From Minisyncoccota bacterium (lineage in GTDB: Bacteria > Patescibacteriota > Minisyncoccia > JAHIHE01 > JAGLIN01): a DNA stretch of 64,000 nucleotides. Within the stretch, counting starts at the first letter, position 1. Each line of letters starts with the position of its first letter. Positions 1 to 9,301 of the stretch are shown in pieces. Location: the NCBI GenBank assembly GCA_028690055.1, contig JAQVBZ010000003.1, positions 7,779-71,778 on the forward strand, given 5' to 3'. A model generated the notes under the pieces. The model was not told the DNA's origin. It was given only the letters and a program-made list of their open reading frames with translations, and did no database searches. The position numbers were made by a program, and so were the translations under genes.

Positions 1-45
1 TTATGCCAGAAACGACGCATCGTCTTTTACTGTTTGGAATGTAAT

Positions 46-74
46 GGGATTCTTCGGGGTACCTCAGAATGACA
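46..74. repeat. GTCA-family palindromic repeat (right arm)
   Basis: GGGATTCTTCGGGGTACCTCAGAATGACA; near-identical arms recur at about 10 intergenic loci in the window. Confidence 0.8.
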
Positions 75-126
75 CGATATCTATAGTTACCAATACCACG
101 ACAAAAATTATCGGGATTCCTTCTTC

Positions 127-1704
127 TTACTTAGAAAGTACCGCACCGGCCAGTTCCCCGGTGTGAACCCCTTTGTCCACGACCAGCTTGCCGTTTATCA
201 CTACATATTCTACGCCTGTCGAATATTGATAAGGATTCTCAAAGCTGGAGCAGTCGTTGATTTTCTGCTCGTCAAAAATCACTATATCTGCAAAATAGTC
301 TTTCTTGAGGAGCCCTCTTTTTGTGATGCCCATCTTCTGAGCAGGAAGAGATGTCATCTTGTAAATCGCCTCCTCCAAGCCGAGAAGTCCTTTCTGCCGA
401 ACGTACTTACCCAGTACGCGAGCGAAAGTGCCGAAACATCGCGGATGTACCAACTCTCCACTTCGAACATATTCGATATTGTACGCGGCATCAGCGGAAG
501 AGATAATACAATACTTGTTCTGCATTTCCTTTTCAATATTCTTCTCTCCCAGGACGCCCTTATCAAACACTATGACATGTCCGCCCGCACTAATCAGGAG
601 TTCAATGATTGCCTCCTCCGGCTCAATGGACTGGCTCTCTGCGATATCGCCGATTTTCCTGCCCACCACTTCGCGCATGTTCGGACAGATAGAAACGATG
701 ATGTTATTGTAATCGCGGTTCATCCCTTTCATTTCTTTCACAATTTTCCCGCGCAGCTCCTGATCCTTCAGGCGTTCAATCATTCTCTTGCGTCCTCCTT
801 CCGGAACCCAATCCGGCAACAAGATATAAAGGACGGAACCGGTGGTATCGTAAGGATAGATATCAAAATTGATGTTAACGCCCTCTTCGTTGGCAAGGTC
901 GATCATCTGAACCGCTCTTTCCATATCAGGCCAATATTTTTTGCCGATCGACTTGAAATGGGATATCTCGATAGAGACTCCAGTCTCCCTGCCGACCTGG
1001 ATAGTCTCATTGACACTGGGCAAAAGCTCCTCCGCCTCACCGCGAATATGGCTAGCGTAACAAGCATCGGCAGATTTCAAAATACCTGTCAGATATTTTA
1101 TTTCTCCGGTACTGGCCATCTTGGAATGAGAAAAAACCAATCCGGTCGACATACCGAAAGCGCCCTCGTTCAAAGCATCGCCCAGCATCTTGCCGATCGA
1201 CTTGACTTCGCTTTCCTTGATTTTCCGTACGTCGTCGCCCATCAACCCTCGACGGAGAGTCTCATGTCCGACCAGAGTTCCGAAATTGAGACCGATATCC
1301 CTTTTCTTCAGTTCCTGCAAAAATTCTTTCGTCCGTGTCCAGTTTACGCTGATATTATCCATATTCACCCACTTGCGCAGCGAACAGACAGAATCAGATC
1401 CCAGCACCGGCGCCAACGACGACCCACAGTTCCCGCCTATGATCGTGGTAACTCCCTGCATTACCTTACTGTCCAATCTCGGAATCGTAAAAAGTGTCCA
1501 AAAGCTATCCGAGTGATCCAAGATGTCAACAAACCCAGGACAAACTATCTTGCCTTTGACATCAATGATTTGTTTCGTCTGGAATTTTCCCGGCAGCTTT
1601 TCCACGGCGGCTATTTTTCCGCCCATGATAGCGATGTCCATATCCGTTCTCTTTGCGCCGGACCCATCGATTACCGTGCCGTTTTTTATGACTAGATCAA
1701 ACAT
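127..1704 (-). CDS. D-aminoacylase / N-acyl-D-amino-acid deacylase family amidohydrolase
   Basis: 525 aa; DLVIKNGTVIDGSG, PGFVD..HSD, QGVTTIIGGNCG, SHIRGE, HPRCFGTFARVLG, ADIVIFD. Confidence 0.85.
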   Translation of the reverse strand: MFDLVIKNGTVIDGSGAKRTDMDIAIMGGKIAAVEKLPGKFQTKQIIDVKGKIVCPGFVDILDHSDSFWTLFTIPRLDSKVMQGVTTIIGGNCGSSLAPVLGSDSVCSLRKWVNMDNISVNWTRTKEFLQELKKRDIGLNFGTLVGHETLRRGLMGDDVRKIKESEVKSIGKMLGDALNEGAFGMSTGLVFSHSKMASTGEIKYLTGILKSADACYASHIRGEAEELLPSVNETIQVGRETGVSIEISHFKSIGKKYWPDMERAVQMIDLANEEGVNINFDIYPYDTTGSVLYILLPDWVPEGGRKRMIERLKDQELRGKIVKEMKGMNRDYNNIIVSICPNMREVVGRKIGDIAESQSIEPEEAIIELLISAGGHVIVFDKGVLGEKNIEKEMQNKYCIISSADAAYNIEYVRSGELVHPRCFGTFARVLGKYVRQKGLLGLEEAIYKMTSLPAQKMGITKRGLLKKDYFADIVIFDEQKINDCSSFENPYQYSTGVEYVVINGKLVVDKGVHTGELAGAVLSK

Positions 1705-1822
1705 AACATTTTTGTGATTTGATTACCTGTGTTGATTCTATTATACAATCCTTTTTGTTTTTCTTCAATTCTAAAATAGGGGTGTCATAATGAATTCAGC
1801 CGAAGAATAATAAAGAGAATAT

Positions 1823-2899
1823 TTAAAAAGTATAAACCCCGCGCCCCAGAAGTCCAATTACCAAACCGACAGCACACATGAAATAAGAGATAACCCAAAA
1901 ACGCATTACGATTTTGGACTCCGACCAACCCTTAGCTTCAAAATGGTGGTGGATGGGGGCACTGAGAAATACCTTCTTATGCCTGAATTTTTTGGAAGTC
2001 AGTTGGATGATTACCGAAAGCGATTCGATAACAAGGATGAATCCCACGAATGGCAGGATAAGAAAAGAATCCGTGAGCATCGCTACCGTCCCAAGCGTCA
2101 CCCCCAGCGCCATCGATCCTGTGTCGCCCATAAAGAACCGCGCGGGAGGAATATTGAACCAGAGGAATGCCAAGAGGGCTCCGATTATGGCGCCACAAAA
2201 CATTGCAAGCTCTGTCTTGCCCTGCATAAAAGCAATGGCGGCAAAAACTGCGAGAGCCGGGAGGACTACCCCGCCCGCCAGTCCATCCAGACCGTCCGTT
2301 TCATTAAGAGAGAAGGAAGTGGCCACGATGATAAAAATAAACAGCGGGATATACCAGATGCCGATAGTGAGGTCGCCGAACGCCGGGATATGGACTGTGT
2401 CCCAACCGAGACGAAAATAGAACCAGTACGCCCCGACAACCGCCACGAATAGATAAAGTAGCATCCGATCTTTCATACTGAGTCCGCCGCCCTTGGGTCC
2501 GATACGGAATACCCCCATCATATCATCAAGCATCCCCACAATCGCCGCAAGCACCATCAGCCCAATAGGCAGGAAAGTCTCACTCCGATTAAGAAAGTCC
2601 AGCGACTCGAATATAGAGAAGTGAGTTAGTGACGATAGTAGGGAGAAAAGTAGCGCCAATATCAGCACTACCCCCCAAATAATGATTCCGCCCATAGTTG
2701 GTGTGCCACGCTTTTTTTCGTGTAAAGCCGTAAAAACAGGAGTATCTCCATCCGCACGGATCTGTTTGCCAATCTTATATTTATAGAGATAGTGTGTAAG
2801 CAGCGGAGTCAGCGCCATAGCCACGGCGAAAGAAATAGAGGCAATACCGAAGACTCGCACGATTTCATACACGCCGTAAGAACCTTCAAAGGGAATCAT
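1823..2899 (-). CDS. mraY: phospho-N-acetylmuramoyl-pentapeptide transferase
   Basis: KRGTPTMGG, DD, NETDGLDGL, FMGDTGS, APIHHHFE motifs; multi-TM. Confidence 0.95.
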   Translation of the reverse strand: MIPFEGSYGVYEIVRVFGIASISFAVAMALTPLLTHYLYKYKIGKQIRADGDTPVFTALHEKKRGTPTMGGIIIWGVVLILALLFSLLSSLTHFSIFESLDFLNRSETFLPIGLMVLAAIVGMLDDMMGVFRIGPKGGGLSMKDRMLLYLFVAVVGAYWFYFRLGWDTVHIPAFGDLTIGIWYIPLFIFIIVATSFSLNETDGLDGLAGGVVLPALAVFAAIAFMQGKTELAMFCGAIIGALLAFLWFNIPPARFFMGDTGSMALGVTLGTVAMLTDSFLILPFVGFILVIESLSVIIQLTSKKFRHKKVFLSAPIHHHFEAKGWSESKIVMRFWVISYFMCAVGLVIGLLGRGVYTF

Positions 2900-2913
2900 A
2901 AGTAGAATTTTAG

Positions 2914-3321
2914 CTATTTAACTTTTTTAATGCTAGCATCCATGAATCTTTTGTCAATCAAAAAAACCGATAAAAATATGCCCAGGCTGTCTATTGTCAC
3001 GTCCACCGCGTTACCGCTACGGCCGGAAATAAAAGTCTGGTGGTATTCGTCACTAAGCGCGAAAGTGAGCGCAAAAAGCGCAGCGTACGCGATAGCCCGC
3101 CGCCTGCCGATATTCTGCGCCGCCGCCCGATAAAAAAGGAAGGTGAGGACAGCGTACTCCGTGATATGAGCAATCTTGCGCAGGATCAAATCCCAATTAT
3201 CGGCAAAGTCGCTGCGCAAACTGGGAATACTGGAAAGGTAAAATATGCCTGCGCACCAGAAAAAAACCGGAAGCCAATAAAAGATTATCGATCGCTTTTG
3301 TTTTTTGTTTAGCGCAATCAT
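2914..3321 (-). CDS. VanZ family membrane protein
   Basis: RKIAHITEYAVL, SDEYHQTFISGRSG..DV.ID motifs. Confidence 0.85.
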   Translation of the reverse strand: MIALNKKQKRSIIFYWLPVFFWCAGIFYLSSIPSLRSDFADNWDLILRKIAHITEYAVLTFLFYRAAAQNIGRRRAIAYAALFALTFALSDEYHQTFISGRSGNAVDVTIDSLGIFLSVFLIDKRFMDASIKKVK

Positions 3322-4472
3322 GAATTATAAATTATTCCATAAATTATACCGGAGAGATAAACGAGTATCATCAAAAAAGACATCCCTTTGGAAATGTTGA
3401 TTTCATATTCTGGCCTGCGATCGCCTTTTTCTTTCGCATTATAGAAGATAAGAATGATTAAGATGCCTACAAGTCCACCGGTCACGCTTCCGGTAAAAGT
3501 TATAACCCGGATAAAATCCCGATACCCGATAAGAAAAAATAAATAGGGAACGATGGACGCCAAAAACCAAGATGAATCTTCTTTCATCCGATAATCGTAT
3601 TGAAAAATCTCCTTCAGTGCAACATTGGAAACGAGATAAGAGGTGATTGTTGCCAAAAACCCGAGAAAAAAACCGGCAACAATAACTCCGTCACCGATAA
3701 AGTGACTAAGCCCGACAAAAGATTCTTCGGAAGTCAGATCGCCCGTCACACCCACTATGGCCGCGATGAAAATAACATAAATCAAAGTATAGAGAATTGT
3801 CCCCCAAGTAAGCACCTTCTTAATCCTATTTTTTCTTTTTGAAATGATGCTAATAATCTCCGGGACTGCTGAGCTTGCCCCCAATGAAAAAAGTATGACA
3901 CCGAAAGGCAGAAAAAACTGAGTAAAATCACTGGTCATATAATTCCCAGTATCGATATAGGGGGCACTCTTAAATGATACCACCCCGACAATCACGACCA
4001 AGAGCAATACCATCCACGACTCTACCAAGCTGAAAATCTTAAAATCAAAACGAGTAACGATAAAAATAAAAACAAAAGTTAAGGTGGAATATAAAAATTC
4101 ATCTCCTCCAAGAGAGGGCGAAAGAAGTGAATTCAGGAAAATACCGGACAAGATGATATAGACCATATTGCCGGAATAAAAAGACAAGAAAGAAGCAAAG
4201 GAAGCAAGTTGTTTGCCGGTTCCACCCAAATATCTTTTTGCACAGCCCACCAGTCGGCAGCGTTTTTTGCTGCGAAGGATTATCTCCCCATACATAAGAT
4301 TGGTCACCAGCATCATCACGCCCAGAAGAAACATCAGGGCCATCGAAGGAAGAAATCCCGCCTTTGCTATTACATACGGCAGACCAAAAATTCCCGCGCC
4401 TATTGCAGTCCCGATCAGAGTGGCCATCGCCATCAGAAATTCTTTATCTATCAATCTTCCCTTTTTTGCCAT
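3318..4472 (-). CDS. aromatic amino acid (TyrP/Mtr-like) permease
   Basis: GTAIGAGIFGLP N-terminal motif; about 11 TM segments. Confidence 0.8.
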   Translation of the reverse strand: MAKKGRLIDKEFLMAMATLIGTAIGAGIFGLPYVIAKAGFLPSMALMFLLGVMMLVTNLMYGEIILRSKKRCRLVGCAKRYLGGTGKQLASFASFLSFYSGNMVYIILSGIFLNSLLSPSLGGDEFLYSTLTFVFIFIVTRFDFKIFSLVESWMVLLLVVIVGVVSFKSAPYIDTGNYMTSDFTQFFLPFGVILFSLGASSAVPEIISIISKRKNRIKKVLTWGTILYTLIYVIFIAAIVGVTGDLTSEESFVGLSHFIGDGVIVAGFFLGFLATITSYLVSNVALKEIFQYDYRMKEDSSWFLASIVPYLFFLIGYRDFIRVITFTGSVTGGLVGILIILIFYNAKEKGDRRPEYEINISKGMSFLMILVYLSGIIYGIIYNS

Positions 4473-4514
4473 TATGACTTTTTATTTTTATTTTACACAA
4501 GGAATGCTCACGTA

Positions 4515-4618
4515 TGGAGTAGTAGACTTTAGTCTGCGCTGCTGTCCGATGCGGATAAAACGTGTTAATGCGACATTTTTTTCGGCTTGGGACAGTCGCG
4601 CGGGATAAATCCCGCTAA
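4515..4618. repeat. GTAG-type REP doublet (REPIN-like)
   Basis: TGGAGTAGTAGACTTTAGTCTGC...GCGGGATAAATCCCGC; homologous along its length to 52091-52196 and related to 34678-34773. Confidence 0.7.
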
Positions 4619-4651
4619 TATCCCGTCCGTTCACCACAAATAAACCGATCA

Positions 4652-5440
4652 CTATTCAATGATATCCACCTTCACAATCTCATCCCCCTGCTGCATGCCC
4701 TGCACAACTTCTTGTCCTTCCAATACCTGTCCGAAGACGGTGTGCTTACCGTTAAGATGCGGCTGATCCGCCACTGTGACGATAAAAAACTGGCTGCCAT
4801 TGGTATTTGGTCCGGAATTGGCCATCGCCAATGCACCCACGGTCATCTGGTGCGAAGTCAAATCTTTGTTATACACGTATCCAGCGCTTTCATAAGAATT
4901 GATAAGCGAGTCACTGAGCCCCAAGCTCCAAGGATTGATTTCGTCCCCAAAGGAATAGCCGGGGCCTCCTGTGCCGGCGATAGGCAGATTATTGGGATTG
5001 TCATTCGCGTCATAAACGAAATCCACGCCTGCCGTGCCTCTGGAATTCGGATCCCCACCTTGAATCATAAATTCGGAAATCACGCGGTGAAATTTGAGAC
5101 CGTCATAAAAACCTTCTTTGGATAGTTTAAGGAAATTCTCCACGGTCTTGGGAGCGTCTTTGGCATAGAGCTCCAGAGTGATATCGCCATGTGTCGTTTC
5201 CATCACAACTTTCTTATTCTCTACGGATTGATTTTCGGTTGATTGTTCCATTTGATTATTTTTTTCCTGTTGGTTAGCTTCATTCTTATTAAACGCGATA
5301 TAAGATTCGTAAGCGGCCACCACTAGCAACAAGAGCAATAGCGCAAATACCTTGTTCTTTTTCTTGTTCTCTTTTTGCGCTACTTCCATTTCTTTTTGCG
5401 CTTCTTTTCTCTGAAGCTTCAACTTCTCTTTTCTTCCCAT
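4652..5440 (-). CDS. membrane-anchored cyclophilin-type peptidyl-prolyl isomerase
   Basis: APKTVENF, FHRVI..FMIQGGDP, AMANSGPNTNGSQFFI, HTVFGQV; N-terminal charged segment plus TM helix. Confidence 0.92.
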   Translation of the reverse strand: MGRKEKLKLQRKEAQKEMEVAQKENKKKNKVFALLLLLLVVAAYESYIAFNKNEANQQEKNNQMEQSTENQSVENKKVVMETTHGDITLELYAKDAPKTVENFLKLSKEGFYDGLKFHRVISEFMIQGGDPNSRGTAGVDFVYDANDNPNNLPIAGTGGPGYSFGDEINPWSLGLSDSLINSYESAGYVYNKDLTSHQMTVGALAMANSGPNTNGSQFFIVTVADQPHLNGKHTVFGQVLEGQEVVQGMQQGDEIVKVDIIE

Positions 5441-5508
5441 AGTTTGTGATATTAATGTTTAATGGATATTCTCTCCTTGCATGCAACCGACCGACAGCCT
5501 AAACATAA

Positions 5509-5655
5509 TTATCGGTTATTTCCTCTTTCCTCTTTTTTTCTCTTCTCTTCTTCCTTCTCCTTGCGCATCATTTTAATACCTTCCAGAGTCAGCCAGATTG
5601 GCATGAAGAGGTTCAGATATTTTTCATACAAACCTTCGTATTCCTTTTTTGCCAT
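5509..5655 (-). CDS. 48-aa microprotein, paralog A (not in ORF track)
   Basis: Hand translation MAKKEYEGLYEKYLNLFMPIWLTLEGIKMMRKEKEEEKRKKEERGNNR*; paralog of 5686-5847 with the frame preserved. Confidence 0.7.
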   Translation of the reverse strand: MAKKEYEGLYEKYLNLFMPIWLTLEGIKMMRKEKEEEKRKKEERGNNR

Positions 5656-5685
5656 ATTTTTATCAAATTAATTTTTCATAACCGA

Positions 5686-5847
5686 CTATCGGTTATTTCC
5701 TCTTTCCTCTTTTTTTCTCTTCTCTTCCTCCTTCTCCTTGCGCATCATTTTAATACCTTCCAGAGTCAGCCAGATTGGCATGAAGAGCTCTAAATATCTT
5801 TCATATAAACCCTCAGTTTCCTTTTTCTTGCCTACTCTTGTCCACAT
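5686..5847 (-). CDS. 53-aa microprotein, paralog B (not in ORF track)
   Basis: MWTRVGKKKETEGLYERYLELFMPIWLTLEGIKMMRKEKEEEKRKKEERGNNR*; starts 7 nt after the Clp ATPase stop. Confidence 0.7.
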   Translation of the reverse strand: MWTRVGKKKETEGLYERYLELFMPIWLTLEGIKMMRKEKEEEKRKKEERGNNR

Positions 5848-5854
5848 ATTTTGA

Positions 5855-8701
5855 TCAAATTTGTTTCAATTGTTCCACTTCAACACGAAAAGTGTCGCCG
5901 CGCTTGATATTGCCCTTAAGGAATTCCACGGCGATGAGATTCTCCAGCTTCTCCTGCATGGTTCGTTGTAAGAATCTCGCCCCATACTCCGCATTATACC
6001 CGACTTCTACCAAATAAGAAACCGCTTCGTCGCTGAGCTCGACTTTGATGCCCTGCGCCTCGTCCAGTCTCTTAGCGAGACCCTTGATCTGCAGTTGAGC
6101 GATCAGGAGTAAATTCCGCGGCGTAAGGGAGTGAAAAACGATCTTATCCGTGAAGCGATTCAGGAATTCTGGAGTAAAGTACTGCAAGAGGTAAGGATCC
6201 AGCATCTCTAAGATTCTATCATTATCACTATTCTCGTCAACAAATATCTTGCTCACCTCTTTGCTTCCGGCGTTGGAAGTGGCGATAATTATGGCGTTGG
6301 TAAAATCCACCGTCCGCCCCAGATTATCCGTCAGCCGCCCGTCGTCAAAAACTTGCAAAAAAAGGTTCAGAACATTCTTGTTCGCCTTCTCCAATTCGTC
6401 CAAGAGCAATAGAGAGAACGGATTGCGTTTGACCGCCTCGGTCAGGATACCGCCACCGGCATTATCATCACTGCCTTCCGAAGAAGAATAGCCAATCAGT
6501 TTTTCCACACTGTCCACCGTCTGATATTCGCTCATATCCAGCCGGATCATCGCTTCTTCATTGCCATAATAAATCTCCGCCAGCGCTTTGGCAAGCTCGG
6601 TCTTACCCACCCCGGTCGGCCCTATGAATAAAAATGCTCCGATAGGGCGGTTTTGCAATTTCATCCCCACCCGCACCCGACGAATAGCTGAAGACACGGA
6701 CTTGATTGCCTGATCCTGCCCGATAACCCGCCGATGCAGACTCTCTTCCAGATTCAAAAGTTTTTCCGCCTCGTTAGAATTTATACTCTCCAGAGGAATG
6801 CCGGTTTTTTCCGTAATGATTTTCATGATATCCTCGTCGCGCAGTGTCTGCCCCTCGCCCCGGCGACGTACCTCTACGGCTGTTTCCGAGAGCAAATCGA
6901 TCGCCTTGCCGGGCAGCAAACGGTCGGGGAGATATCGATTGGAAAGTTCCACTGTTTTCTTGATAGCGCCGTAAGTCATTGTCACGCCCTCTCGTGCCTC
7001 GATATATCCCGCTTGGATAGCCAGGACCTGGAGTGCGTCTTTCTCGTTAAGTTCCTCCACTTTCACTGTATCAAAACCGTTAGCAAAATCGCCGCGCGGT
7101 TCAATGAAGCGATGATAATTACGATAATCGGTCGAGCCGATAATTTGAAAAAGTCCTTGTGAAAGGATAGGAGACAAAATTTTGGAAGCGTCGAATCCTT
7201 CCCCGTTTCCCGCCGCCGCCAGATTATGAATATCGGGAATATATAAAATAATGTTCCCGCCGCGTCCCATATCTTCCAAAACTTTTTGAATCCTCAGCTC
7301 CAGGTCTCCGCCAGCGCTAGCCCCCGCAATCAATGCGGTAATATCCAACACCACCAGTCTCTTGTCGCGCAGCGTCGGCAGGACCTCGTCGTGGATCATC
7401 CGGTTGGCCAATGCTTTGACAATCGTGGTGCGTCCGCTACCCTCCTCGCCGACAAGTAACGCATTGTTCTGACTGGTTCTTTCCAAAATCCGCATCAGTT
7501 CGTCCAGCTCTCTACTGCGATTAACGACATTTCCTGTCAGCCCCGAACGGGCGCGATCAGTCATATCGTAACTGAATTGATCTAGCTCGGGAGTAGTGCG
7601 CGCCGTCCAAGCTTTATTCATTACCGTATGTGTAATCTTACGCGGACGCCCATTTCCTATTCGCACCTTGCCCAAACTCCTCGTCCAAAGCAAGGCGCTG
7701 CGGATGTCCTGTAAATCAAATTTGGCATCGTGAAAATATTTTTCCATATCTTGGTCACAGAAAAGCGCGAGAAAAAGTGCTTCCGGCTCGATCATATCGA
7801 AACCCGCGATTATACTTTCCTGCAGCGCGAAAATCGCGAGCTGCTTCATTTCCGGGCTCATCACGGTCCCTTTCTTTCTGTTGTAATGATCGTTTGTAGG
7901 CAGATGCTTAATGGCATCGTCCAAAAACGCACCGAAAGCCTTAGTATCTATTTCCATTCTCATCGTCAAACTCCTGATATCATCATCTCCCAGCAGAACT
8001 CTCGCCAGATGAAAAACACCGGGGGCCTGCGCATGATCGTGCGCCAGATCCAATGCTTTCTTCAACATGCCGAGCGTCGAAACGGAGGCGAAGGCGGACA
8101 CGTCTATGGCTTTTTCCAGCTTGGCAGGATTTTCCTCATAGAAAGGCTTGAATTCTGTATCTGTAAGACTGATTTCCTTGCGGGAAAGATCGGCGGTTCG
8201 GGCAAAATAATAACAGCACATCGCGCCCAAAAGGCCCGACCAAAAAAGCAGAGTTCCCACTCCCCGCTCCGTAAAAATCACACCGAGAGCCTCTACAATA
8301 TTCAAAGCGAAATAATAGGCGGCAATAACAAGGGCGCCGAAGATATCATCCTTCGCAAGACGAACCGAGTCTACATCGCTTTTGAAACTCACAAAAAAAT
8401 CCCCATTTTGAGAAACAATGAAGAAAACTCCGTAAATCAGGGCTGCGAACGCCAAGAAATAAGAGAGGAATCGCGCCGAAGATTGCAGCGCGTGACCGAA
8501 CAATCGGAAAAAAGAAAGATTTCCCGACAAGTCAGAACCCCAGAAATAATCCCCCGCGCCGCGGACGCGCAACAAAACTCCGCCGCCATCGCAGGTAGGA
8601 CATTTCGACCCGTTATCCCGAAATCCGTCAGCCTGACATTCGGGGCACCGGATCACTTCCGACACGGCTTGATTCTCTTGTTTTCCTTGTTCCTCTGGCA
8701 T
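5855..8701 (-). CDS. ClpA/ClpB/ClpC-family AAA+ ATPase with N-terminal Zn-finger and TM segments
   Basis: CPEC..CPTCDGGG, hydrophobic helices, Clp N-domain-like region, RYLPDRLLPGKAIDLL, GPTGVGKTE, RLDMSEY, DELEKA, GRLTD, PEFLNR. Confidence 0.9.
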   Translation of the reverse strand: MPEEQGKQENQAVSEVIRCPECQADGFRDNGSKCPTCDGGGVLLRVRGAGDYFWGSDLSGNLSFFRLFGHALQSSARFLSYFLAFAALIYGVFFIVSQNGDFFVSFKSDVDSVRLAKDDIFGALVIAAYYFALNIVEALGVIFTERGVGTLLFWSGLLGAMCCYYFARTADLSRKEISLTDTEFKPFYEENPAKLEKAIDVSAFASVSTLGMLKKALDLAHDHAQAPGVFHLARVLLGDDDIRSLTMRMEIDTKAFGAFLDDAIKHLPTNDHYNRKKGTVMSPEMKQLAIFALQESIIAGFDMIEPEALFLALFCDQDMEKYFHDAKFDLQDIRSALLWTRSLGKVRIGNGRPRKITHTVMNKAWTARTTPELDQFSYDMTDRARSGLTGNVVNRSRELDELMRILERTSQNNALLVGEEGSGRTTIVKALANRMIHDEVLPTLRDKRLVVLDITALIAGASAGGDLELRIQKVLEDMGRGGNIILYIPDIHNLAAAGNGEGFDASKILSPILSQGLFQIIGSTDYRNYHRFIEPRGDFANGFDTVKVEELNEKDALQVLAIQAGYIEAREGVTMTYGAIKKTVELSNRYLPDRLLPGKAIDLLSETAVEVRRRGEGQTLRDEDIMKIITEKTGIPLESINSNEAEKLLNLEESLHRRVIGQDQAIKSVSSAIRRVRVGMKLQNRPIGAFLFIGPTGVGKTELAKALAEIYYGNEEAMIRLDMSEYQTVDSVEKLIGYSSSEGSDDNAGGGILTEAVKRNPFSLLLLDELEKANKNVLNLFLQVFDDGRLTDNLGRTVDFTNAIIIATSNAGSKEVSKIFVDENSDNDRILEMLDPYLLQYFTPEFLNRFTDKIVFHSLTPRNLLLIAQLQIKGLAKRLDEAQGIKVELSDEAVSYLVEVGYNAEYGARFLQRTMQEKLENLIAVEFLKGNIKRGDTFRVEVEQLKQI

Positions 8702-8710
8702 TGCAAAAAA

Positions 8711-9079
8711 TTATCCGACTAAAAGATAAAACAGGTTTTCCCAAAACATCACGAGCGCGACAGGAGGAAGTAATAGCCAGAGAGCGTAGCAGGCGATAAT
8801 AAGAAACGAAAGAAAAATTGCGAGTAGAATCCCGAAAAACACCCGGCACAGACGAAAAATCGGACCAATCAACTTGCCGATAAGGGAATAATCGCCATAG
8901 ATGGGCTGAAAGATCAGTTTCAGATTGATTAAGACACCAATATCCCTCCCCACACCCTTAATCATATTTACTTCCCTGTGCCAGAAATCTTGCGATCCCC
9001 GAACATACCAAAAAGACAAAAAGCCTGATATGCCTTTGAAGATTCGAAAAGGTGATAAGATAAAAGAGTCAGTTGCCAT
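8711..9079 (-). CDS. small hypothetical membrane protein upstream of the Clp ATPase
   Basis: 122 aa, hydrophobic C-terminal half; ends 9 nt before the Clp start. Confidence 0.75.
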   Translation of the reverse strand: MATDSFILSPFRIFKGISGFLSFWYVRGSQDFWHREVNMIKGVGRDIGVLINLKLIFQPIYGDYSLIGKLIGPIFRLCRVFFGILLAIFLSFLIIACYALWLLLPPVALVMFWENLFYLLVG

Positions 9080-9301
9080 GGAAATGGATTTTAGAGGGGT
9101 ATCGTATTATTATCAAAAATAAACACCGTCATCCTATTGTGTTCAAAGATGACACAGAATATACTGCAAGATATAACGAAACAGGAAAAAACAAATTATC
9201 CCGGATCAGGTTAATCTGATATAATTAACCGAAGAGTAAACGCAAAAAACGAGAGTAACCTTGAGTTCATTATACCATAAATTATTATTTTACTTAAATA
9301 G

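Noticed and set aside
163-1695. 510-aa plus-strand ORF and other long antisense ORFs (e.g. 7730-8722, 25048-25791, 46292-47017, 54663-55550)
   Set aside because: Shadow frames of well-supported genes on the opposite strand; no motifs
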